From contig CM119270.1 of NCBI GenBank assembly GCA_051294375.1, positions 13,549,833-13,613,832 of the forward strand: a stretch of 64,000 bases of DNA, in the 5' to 3' direction. Position numbers and translations under genes: made by a program. Positions 53,601 through 64,000 of the stretch are shown here, piece by piece (the stretch's first letter is position 1; each line of letters opens with the position of its first letter). Below the pieces are notes generated by a model. That model saw only the letters and a list, made by a program, of their open reading frames with translations, made no database searches and was not told the DNA's origin. Source of the DNA: Paraspadella gotoi. Taxonomy: Eukaryota; Animalia; Chaetognatha.

Positions 53601-54744
53601 CGGCCTGCGAAGACCTCGAGCGGCCCTGTCTGGCCTGCGAAGGCCTCGGATTGCTCGACCGAGTGGGCGAAGCGGCGCACTTCGTTTGAAGGACCGATGT
53701 CAGCAGCAGCAGCAGCAGCAGCAACGACGAAAATCTTTGACGAAGTCGTCGAGCGATGAGCGAAAACAGGGACGACGACAAATCGATCCGCTCCTTCCGT
53801 CTCCAATTACATCCGGGTTTCTTGGAAGAGTTTTTCCGCCGGCGCGAATTTCGAGTCGAGTCGATAGGAGGAGAGGTTCGGGTGAGTTTCTCTTCACGGA
53901 CGCGGTAAGCATCACGTTCGATCCGCTGAGGTGAAGATTCTCGATCCGAATCGGGAAACGAGTCTCGTTTCGATCGGTGAAGATCGTTTTTCTGGCCTCG
54001 GTGAGGATCACAGTTTGCCTCGGGATAAAGATCACAGTTCGGTTTACTAAAGTCGTCACGGCGATCACGAGCGACGAAGAATTTAGGGTCTCGACGATCG
54101 ATTGTGTCAAAGCTTAAAAGGTCCCGCCCATTCGTCACGGCCAAGCTATTTGGGTTACAATTCCAAGAGTTTTGACAATCGCCACCGTCACAAATTGACT
54201 CAAGGTGGTTGCTTTTTAAAAGGCGGTCGAGGTCGAGGTGACCCATTTCCCTAAAGCGGGTCAGACCGAATGAATCCGTCTGGTCAAAACCACAATGGTC
54301 TTCTCGACAATCCGAGGAGTTTAGCCAGTGACGACGATCGGTAACGACGAAGTTCCTCGGGTCACGGCGATCGGTTTCGACGAAATGTGTCGGGTCGCCA
54401 CGATCTCCGGGTCGAGTCGGCTCGGAACAACGACGACGACGACGACGACGACGGAAATCGCGCGACGACGACAACGCCCGACGGACGAATTCCGCCGATG
54501 ATGACGTTATTGACGGCGTGGGGTCACGATTGTCCAATTTTAAAGGCGTAATGTCCACGGCGTGTAATATGAATTTCCATCCGTCGCTGCGTAAAGGAGT
54601 CACTTCTTGTCCATCCAAGTTCGTTTTGGGGTCGGGGTCAAAGGGCGCTGTCATCTTTGGGTGTACGATCGACGATGACCTCATTGAAGGGTTGACCATT
54701 GGAGGTGACGTCATTTTTGGATCGGGGAAAGAAGATGACGTCAT
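46799..54744 (-). CDS. SMOC: SPARC-related modular calcium-binding protein (SMOC/Pentagone-like): Kazal-TY1-EC1-TY2-EC2
   Basis: Minus-strand exons: (start uncertain, up to 54744)-53527, 53169-52995 (Kazal CNTTC..VCGTDGRTYDSEC), 52629-52402 (thyroglobulin-1 QCH..YCWCV), 52296-52228, 52093-51983, 51684-51457 (EF hands DADGDGRLKRRE, CDLDQDARITRSEW), 49128-49054 (ISFKLFLSLNS), 48857-48771, 48648-48539, 48466-48340 (QCHRSTGYCWCV), 47989-47884, 47745-47661, 47265-47103 (CDQNDDNAVSLREW), 46875-46799 (RRGPNPF..TAA). Phases are consistent; the start codon is uncertain. Confidence 0.92.
50033..50275 (-). CDS. Candidate alternative (cassette) SMOC exon
   Basis: GC-rich island in an AT-rich intron. CAG acceptor, GTAATA donor, 243 nt, open frame, phase 1-1 like the host intron. 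Confidence 0.45.
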
Positions 54745-55136
54745 TTCACGGTTGACGACCGATGATGACGACTTTGAGCGACGAGTGACGGTCGTTTTTT
54801 GTTTGTTTGTTTGTTTTTTCCAGTCACAGAATCAAGAAAAAAATAATACAAGTACAATATTTATTTATCTAGTTTCGTTTTGTGTTTCGATCTTTTACCG
54901 CATTTTTGTGACGTCGTTTAATTAGTTCATTGATTCGTTCATCGATTGTTCTTCGATTACTGCACTGATTCTTTAATCGTCTGCTCCCAACTTTTTCTAC
55001 GATTTTTCACATTTCGTATTTTTTAAAGTCGACTTTTTTTTTTCCTGGGTGATTATTTTTCACATTTTTCCCCCCTCAGTCGCCGCCTTTGTTTACGGAT
55101 GTTAGATGATTACTACGATGGTTTTTCTCTGAAAAC

Positions 55137-55236
<100 letters not shown>

Positions 55237-57153
55237 GGGGGGAAGAGTTCATTATAAACGCCAACCATTCAATGAAAACTATTTCTATTTTAAAATACAA
55301 GTTTTTTTAAAACAAGAGCCCCGTCTCTCGAGTAATCTGTTTATCTTCTTATTCACTATTAAAAAAAGATATTCGATACTATAAAGATTAAATAGTTTTG
55401 GGATTAAAAGAATAGTAATAGAAAACATGATCAGCTTCCCCTCATTATTATTAAAATAGTATTAAATTTTCAACTTAAGCCTCGCATCTGCATTTGCCAT
55501 CGGTTTGGTCATCGAGCCTGCCATCTGCGTTTACCATTATATTTAGTTTTGTCATCGAGACTGCCATCTGTGTTTGCTATCAGTTTCGAGAGTTATCATT
55601 TCACGCTCTTCGATCCTCATCGATCAAGAGAGTTCGAGGGTCGACCTTTTTTTTTTTGGACTAGAGGCCTTGAAAGAGCCACAGGCCATAGTCCACGGGC
55701 CTCTCAGCGCCTTCGACGAGGAAACGGCCGAGCGATAATCAATACCCAGGTTCTGAGACCCTCCTTCCCACTTAAAAATTTACTACGAGAGCATAAACGG
55801 TTAAGTCTCCACGGACGAATTGCTCGGCGAAACCGAATTGCTCTCTCGTTCGCTCCGTTCGTCAGTACGTCAATCATCCCACCCCCCCCTTTTGCCCACA
55901 GCTCGGACCCCACAGCGAGTCGCCGGACCTCTGACCACGCGGATTCGCGGCATCTAATCCAATGAAAGAAATTTCGTAATCTTCCCGAGTTCCTTTTGAT
56001 TTTAAATAGCGCCTAAATTGTTATCAAACCATTTATTTTATTGGGGTTAAAATTTCCGAAGACGATATAATCATAAATCGTAGTCTTCGTGTTCGGAGAA
56101 AAGAAGCGAGTCCCGGTCTCGAACCCGAGTCCTTTTCATTCACGCCGCCGAGACGAAGCCTTCAGATTCTGCGCAGAAACCGGTCCGCGAAATTTCTTAA
56201 AGAAATGAAGAGGCGGAAAAGGATTTATAATCCTGGGAGCAAACATGGGCATCTGGAATTGGGCGGCGGGTGACTATGTGCGATTGGGCATCTGGGAATG
56301 AGACCAAGGGCGATCGATTTGTGAGTAAGGCAGAGTTGGATTGGGCTTCGGGATTGACCATTAGGAGTGGATGATAGAATTGGTTTCGGCGACTACCTGC
56401 GTTTTTGCATCGGGTAAATTCGGGTTAAAGGATTGAGCTGCGGAAGATTGATCGATAATTCAGGATTATACATCTGGTTTTGGTTAGAGCATCATTTGAT
56501 TGGGCAGCTGGAAATCTATAAAGCAGGATATGGCAGCAAAGTTGAGGTATTGAAATTGGATTTTTGAGCGATCCTCGTTTCGAGTATATCGAAGATTGGG
56601 CATCTGTGATCTAGATTTCGAGATCGCCGTCTGTTAATGACCTCTTTTTTATTCCCCCTTTTTTTTTTCCAAGGACCAGGTTTTTTTTTCTTTTTATCAA
56701 TACTTAATTCAAACACAAGACTTTTTTTTTTTATTTATAGACGCACGGCGTGGGAAACCGTTGGCGGATAAGGATCCCTTGAAACTGTTTATAGATTTTT
56801 TTTTGGAAATTTAATACCTTTTTTTAATTTTCTGCGTTTTTACGTCTGTAAAATTTACTAGAGGAAAATAATTTAGCTTTGAATTTTAATTTTAATTGCC
56901 GGATGAAAAACCAAAAAAAAAATTGATGATAAAATATGTCGTGACCCACGAGTCTAAAATTCCGATAAACAGCCGAGTCAGATGTAGGACAGATTTCTCG
57001 AAAAGAGAAAAAAGGTGAGCGAAAAAAAAAAGTGTTTTACATTCCACAGGTCGACGTTCTGAGGCCGAATGAGATCGATGGAATGAAGGAAGAAAGGCGA
57101 GAGGCACGAAAACCATTCCCGATTCCAACGCGTAGTATCAAATTCCAAAGATT

Positions 57154-57252
<99 letters not shown>

Positions 57253-58993
57253 TGATCGAAGAACCGATACTTTTCATTGATTTTTTTTTTTAGTTATTTC
57301 TTTTTGATGTCGTTTGTTTCTTTTTAAGTTTTTCTATATAATTTTTCTAAAATTTTTTTTCTATTAATTTTTTTTCCTTTCTTCATTGATTTTTTGACAG
57401 GTGCAGCGGGCTGTTGTAATCTTTTTATTGCTAATTCATAATGGAAATGAAAATTCAGCCTTCAGGAGAGAATTAAAAATAAAATTGTTAATTATTCGCC
57501 CTCTATATGTCAATTCCAATTTTTGGTCATTTTGTACTTGCATATGTACATATTGGATTGACTTTTAAAACCATTCGTCAAAGTAAATTGAAATATCGAC
57601 TAAATAGATGAAAAAATTGTAAATTTGAATGAATCTCACACCTTTAAAAAATAGTTTGAGACCCTTGTTTTTTAAAAGATAAATATTTCTTTGGAAATTA
57701 ATTTTAAAAATGGACAAATGTACGTCAAAATAATATTCACCTTAATCCCATTTACTCAGAAAAATCGTAAACATATAAGTTAATTTAAATTTTACTGTAT
57801 TAAAGCTTAGGTAAATTGAGATATCTTTTGAGATTATTAATAGGGCGAAAACACGAAACAAGGTATAGATCCATGGACGCAGACACATTAACTCCAGGAG
57901 ACACAAACATTTTTCATTCAGTTCGTTTTTGACCGAAAACCGGAAAGAAAAAGGGAAAAAAAAAGGCGAAAAAAAAGTGTTCACGCAGTCGGGAAGACGG
58001 AAAGAAATCCTTTCATCGAAACCCACGGGAAGAATAGTCAATGAGGCACGGAAGACAACGACGACGACGACGAAGAAGAAGAAGACGAGAACGACGACGG
58101 CGAAGACGAACGAAAGGAGGAAGCGACGACGACGATGACAACGACCCATATAAAGACGACGACCGCGACGATGAGAACGACGACGATGACGACGACGATG
58201 AATTAAACTACAAGTCCGAAAAAAAAAAAAAAAGACGAAGACGAAAAAAAAAAGAGAAAATCGTCAACGATGAACAAGACGATTATATGAGGAAGATGAA
58301 GAAGAAGATTTTTCTTTTCTTTTCCCAATGATAAGCACAGCTGTGTTGACAGAGAAGCTCTCTCTTTCTCTCTCTCTCTTTTCTCCGGATGAGGAGGAGG
58401 GGGACGAGGAGGAGGAAGAGGAGGAGCATCTGCGTCGGTGACATCTGGCAGAAATGACGACGACCACGACGACGACATCTGCGGGGAGATTCCGACTTCC
58501 CTACCAACGACCTCAGATGTTCCTATGTCAAATCATCAGGTGGTGACAGATGCAAGAACGGGGCGGTCGTTTTCCGATGGCAATGCAACGTCCCGGTCGT
58601 TGTATTAGATGCCCTTTTCCGGTGCAAGATGGGCGTCTCGACGAGCTAATCTTTTGAAGGAAATGATTTGTATTTTGGGTCGAAAAATCGAAAGAAACCC
58701 GCAGCGGCTTCATCGACTGTCGCATTGGAGATGATTGCTGATGGTCGAAACCAATCCGCAATCGCATTGGCGTCAATGACGAATCACAAAGGCGGTAATC
58801 GCGATTCCCAAGAAATCCGATGTCCCTCTATTAATAATAACAATGGAGTCCGGAATTGGATTTAAGGTGGAATCCAATCGAGATTTACACTTTCCATCTC
58901 AAGTCAGTTTTTTCGGAAGTAGGTTCATCGTGGTCGCATTAGATTTACCTTCTCTTGGAAGATAAAGTATAGCTAGAAATGTTAATGAATATT

Positions 58994-59064
<71 letters not shown>

Positions 59065-59760
59065 AAAAAAGAAAGAATGACATGAAGAGTGAAGAATGCG
59101 GCAGATTCATTGTTTAGTTAAAATATTAATTCATTCAGTTTTTATTGTAACATTTATTATTATAATATATTTTAGGATAATTTTGCCTGGAACGTTATAT
59201 CTAATATATCTAATATTTATTATTTGACTTGATTTTTGACAGGCAAGCCTCTTGGAGATAAGCAAAAGAATTTTGACCCAAGTTTTTTTATTTCAAAGAT
59301 TTTGCTAAAACGACAATATATCCAAATAATAGAATTATAAATTCCTGAAAACAAATACTAAATTAGGTTTAGTTTTTCATACATTCACTTAACATCAAAT
59401 TTATTATGAAGTGCTTAGTTGAAAACTTTTTCTCCGTAAAATACAATGTTTAGGCGCAGGCACTGGTTTTAAGTTATGACAACTTAAAAACAAAAAAAGC
59501 CCCAAAAAAAGGGAACGGAAGCGCAGCTGCAGGATTAAAAATCATTTTTTACTTGAGAAGCTTTCTTTTTTATTTTTTTTTATTTCTTTCTTTCTCTATT
59601 TTCTATTTTTATTTCTTTTTCTCTCTTTATTCCGTTCTTTCTATACTATCTCTTTCTTTCTTTTTTTTTTCATTTTCTCTATCTTTTTCTGTCTTGCTCT
59701 CTCTCTTTATATTATCGAACCGGGAGAGCGTAAAAGGGGGCAGGAGATAAAAAGAGAAGA

Positions 59761-59827
<67 letters not shown>

Positions 59828-60044
59828 TAACTTTTTGCCAGTTTAATTACAGTCCTTAAGATTTTTCTCAAGTGCAACTTGAGGTAGAGACAATTCATAA
59901 AGAAGGAAAAAAAATAAAAACGAGTAATATTTAAAAATATAAAAAGAAGAAAATGAAATAAAAAACAAGAATAAAAATGGAATGGTATGTAAAAAGCCTA
60001 ATGTACGTACATAATATAAATAAAACAATAAATTAAATATATAT

Positions 60045-60088
60045 AAGAAAGAAAGAATAAAAGAAAGAAAGAAAGAAAGAAAGAATAA

Positions 60089-60176
<88 letters not shown>

Positions 60177-60180
60177 AAAA
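60045..60180 (+). repeat. (AAAG)n microsatellite
   Basis: Long AAAG run seen directly. It is representative of many simple repeats, e.g. (CT)n at 570-665 and 47550-47642, and (GA)n at 55140-55232 and 58995-59060. Confidence 0.95.
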
Positions 60181-61536
60181 TAGAAAGATTTATAGATAGA
60201 AAGAAGAGAAAAAGTAATATAAAAACAAAAAACAATAAAAATACAATCAATCAATCAATCAAAAAAACATAATTCAAGATTAGTTTGGAGCTACTTTTAC
60301 TTCGATTGGATCGAGGTACTTACTATATATATTAAACTGTGTAATAGACGCTGGTCCTGATTCGTTCCAAAGTTAACAAACAAATTCCTATTTCACGATA
60401 AGAATCACAATTTAATAGTAGAGTACGACTTACCTTTTGAACCCTCAGAAAACAGATAACGCCGGGGTCATACTCTTTATACCACTGGCCGTTCTCGTTG
60501 TGTGAATACCATTTTTTTAAAAAAATTATTTAATCCCAAATTCGTTTTTTTGCTTGACAATTTTTAAAAAGATTTGTTGTTTCGTATTTATGGCAAAAGA
60601 AACGTGGTAAGAATCACTGGAAAATAATAAAGATGTTTATGATAATTATAATGACTGGAAAAGAATTTCGTGAAAATGGAGATTTCATTCATCTCTTTAT
60701 ACCTTCACCGATCTTCGGCTCCTTATCCACCCATCCTATAATGAATAGGAAAAGCGATTCTGAATGTCCCATCAAGAATACGATGATAAAGTTAAAAGTC
60801 ACGTTTAATATTCAATTATAACTATTAACTAAATGTTCTTGTTCTAAATAGAGATCTAAACTTTCGCGTAAATAAAATTTAACTCAAAACAATAACCTCT
60901 TTTTAGTCTTTAGCTTCTGATGGGCCACAACAGTTTTTTTTAATCCAACGACCTAAAAGAGATTTGCCGTGTCTCAACACAGAATAGACGTTCACTTACC
61001 GGAGAATCCGTTCAACTAATTAGCGATCATTCTAAAAATCATTAAAAATTATTTTGAAAAATTAATAATAGTAATTTGCGTTAAAATTTAAGAAATGCCT
61101 CTTGTTTGGCCGGAGATCTCGAGCTTGGAAAATGGTAAGGTTAAATCCTAGTATCTCTCTCTTTCTCTCTCTCTCTCTCTTATTTGTTGATTTTTCTCTG
61201 TTACTGCCATTTCATGGATGATTAAAAATGTATGTTAATATACCTAACAAAACGGTATGGTAGAGTGTATTCAAAATATTTGTTTGTTGCAGATACACAC
61301 CTTTGGTATAGACAAATATAATTTGAATAATTTGAATAGACAAATATAATTTTTCGTTGTAAAACTACCAACTGACAACCAACACTCAACTAATGAAATA
61401 GAAAAAAATTATCGAGATATTAAGTTAAACAATGTAATTTTCCACATAACTCAATTTATTTTACGTTACCTCGAGAGATTAAATTTCAAAGATGTAATCC
61501 TTCAGTACACATTTTTTCTCATTTAATGTTGTTGAA

Positions 61537-63810
61537 ATGAGTACGACAGAAATCAGTCGTGAATATGCGTCGTCAAAAACAAGTCTTGACAGGAGCAGCA
61601 GCTACGACAACGGTAATGCGTAAATAAATGTATATAAATCCATTTAAATATATGGAAAAGAAAAAAGATTACTTTTTTATTTATGTATTGTAGACGCTTT
61701 CGAAGAGAGGAAACCTAAAAAATGGGTACCCACTACCCACTGCCCAGTGGCTAAGAGTTGAGAAGTTTTTCGTCAAGCTCAGATTGAGACCTAGTCTAGA
61801 TTAGGGCTAGAACCCGGGGTCTCGTGGTTTCGGAGATAAAGTATCAGCCCGCCGCAAGGAAGCAGAGTCGTTGTCAAAACGCTGCATTTCGGCTCGAATG
61901 TCGCATCCGTCATTCTCATCGCTCAATGCTGAGTATTTCCTTTCCCTGTCCATTCTCTTTCAGAAGTGCGGCGTGAAATGCAGAGCTTCTGGACGAAGCA
62001 CTCGAAGGCGGCTTCGTTGGAGGAGATGATGCTCAACTCGGACGCCAAATCCATTCGGAGTCTCGAGGAACCGGAGGTGCTTTCTCTGCTGCCGGACTTT
62101 CGCGACAAGGACGTCGTCGAACTCGCCTGCGGAATCGGGTGAGTCAAGATTTTTTCAACGGGGAAAGGTTAGATGTTTGTAATATTTATAATATTGTCGC
62201 ATGTTGACATACGTATACATAAATTAACTTTGGGGCAGAAGATGTTAACCTACTGATGATCGTTTATATTAATTAACCTTGAGTCAGGTGTTAATATTTG
62301 TTATATTTGAATTTAACAATTAAAAATTTAACAATTTTAACACTAATCGATTTTCTCCCGTAAACTTTCATTGTTCGTGGCAGAGGTTAATCTCTTTTCG
62401 GTCGGTCTGGGCATCTGACGTTAAAATATATATATAATACTGAATCATTTTATTTATACATTTTCAAGTACAGTAAAACTTTATGAGCCATTTTTAATCT
62501 CTTCTAATTATATTATGATAATTACCTTTAAAACCAATCTTATAAATAAAAAATCAACGCGTAATAATTTGGAATTAACTTTCGATATTCTCCTAAGCGA
62601 TCACTTTCGTAAAATCACCAATTCTGAGAGTGATTTCACTCTCAGAATGTCTGACTAAAAGTTTTCAGAATGACGCCAACACAAGTATCGCATCTTCACA
62701 TTTCATCACTACTCAACGCGACTTTAACAAGAACTTTAAAACGTCAGGCGTTTCACGAGTCACTTGGCCCAATCGGCCAAATCTCTCATCGCTGTGGACT
62801 TCATGGAAAACTTCATCCAGAAAAACGAAGAGGAGAAGCCCACTTCGGGAACATCAAGTTCCTGCAGGCGGACGTGTTGGCGATGGAGTTGGAGGACGAA
62901 TGGTGAAGAAAGGGAGGAGAGGGGGGGCGAAAGCGAGGGGAGGGGGCGGAGGAGAAAAGAGGTAAGTAGAGAAGATAAGTAATGGCGAGTCAAATGTGTG
63001 CGTGGAATAAGCGAGAATAAGATTGAAGGAAAGATAAGAATTTCTACGTATAGCATTTAAAATAAAAACCATCATTTTCCATCTCACAGCGTGGACTTAA
63101 TATTCAGCACTGGATATTGATGTATTTGAGCGACGACGAAGTTTTGTCTCTGCTCAGAAAATGCCTGCAATGGCTGCGTCCGGGCGGATATTTATTTTTT
63201 CGCGAATCTTGCTTCAGGTTTGATTTCAAGTTTAAACTTAGCAAATACAATTTGCTATTCGTAGTTATTTTAGCGTGATATTTTTATATTTTGTAATCAA
63301 TTAATGGTTTATACATAATAAAAAATGACATTATTGGCAGAAAATCAGGGAATCACGGAAACGACGAAAACCCGACGTTTTATCGAAACCTTCTGACTAC
63401 TGTCAAATGTTAAATTACGTGAAAAATGAGCGTGATCAAAACTATGAGCAATACAAGTTTATTGTTTCGAAAATCTCTCGGAAGTTACATTAAGGTATGT
63501 GCTGAAATGAAAAAAAAATTGCATTAGCAAAACAATTTTGCTAATTGCAGCTGAAACGAAATCCCGGACAAGTTATCTGGCTGGCCCGAAAGAGCTCGCG
63601 GGAAAGCAGGATTCACGGCGCTTCGAACTTTTCAAGAATTTCTTGATAATTCCCAATATTCTTTGAACGGAATATTAAGATACGAAAAAATCTTTGACCC
63701 AGGTAAAAAGATTTAGCTCACAACACAATGAAAACAAAAAATAATTATTTATCGCTGGATAAAAAGTCTTTGATACCGTTACCCTACCAAGGCTTCGTCT
63801 CGACCGGCGG
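61537..63810 (+). CDS. PMT: Phosphoethanolamine N-methyltransferase, bi-domain type, 5' half (runs into N gap); several 1-nt indels
   Basis: Exons: 61537-61612 (tentative first), 61964-62138 (FWTKHS..EEMMLNS..EVLSLLP..VVELACGIG), 62748-62902 (RFTSHLA..LIAVDFMENFIQKN..KFLQADV), 63090-63217 (DLIFS[N]WILMYLSD..LRPGGYLFFRESCF), 63341-63494 (NPTFYR), 63551-63702 (FQEFLDNSQYS.NGILRYEKIF), 63792-63810 (GFVSTGG). These match the conserved plant/vertebrate PEAMT motifs. Confidence 0.92.
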
Positions 63811-64000
63811 NNNNNNNNNNNNNNNNNNNNNNNNNNNNNNNNNNNNNNNNNNNNNNNNNNNNNNNNNNNNNNNNNNNNNNNNNNNNNNNNNNNNNNNNNN
63901 NNNNNNNNNNNNNNNNNNNNNNNNNNNNNNNNNNNNNNNNNNNNNNNNNNNNNNNNNNNNNNNNNNNNNNAAAAAATAATTATTTACCGCGGATAAACAG

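Overview
Gappy draft-assembly DNA from an invertebrate animal (short spliceosomal introns, very dense (GA)n/(CT)n and (GAC)n microsatellites, many N-gaps). Bases 1-36 kb are mostly low-complexity and non-coding, and are inflated by direct and inverted duplications beside 24-25 N gaps that look like long-read gap-filling or chimera artefacts. Three multi-exon genes can be built by hand: the 3' ~18 exons of neurofibromin (NF1, + strand, 36838-44827), a SMOC/Pentagone-type gene (- strand, 46799 to ~54744; Kazal-TY-EC-TY-EC), and the 5' half of a bi-domain phosphoethanolamine N-methyltransferase (+ strand, ~61537-63810, with 1-nt indels). The main hidden signal is a ~210-270 bp structured repeat present twice in NF1 introns. 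It folds into a type-P5 twister self-cleaving ribozyme with a minimal P1: a near-consensus copy on the NF1 sense strand and a core-mutated antisense copy. A second structured ~315 bp unit with 65 bp terminal direct repeats (retrozyme/TRIM-like, no recognised ribozyme) shares a hairpin with it. All calls come from manual reading; no searches or folding programs were run.
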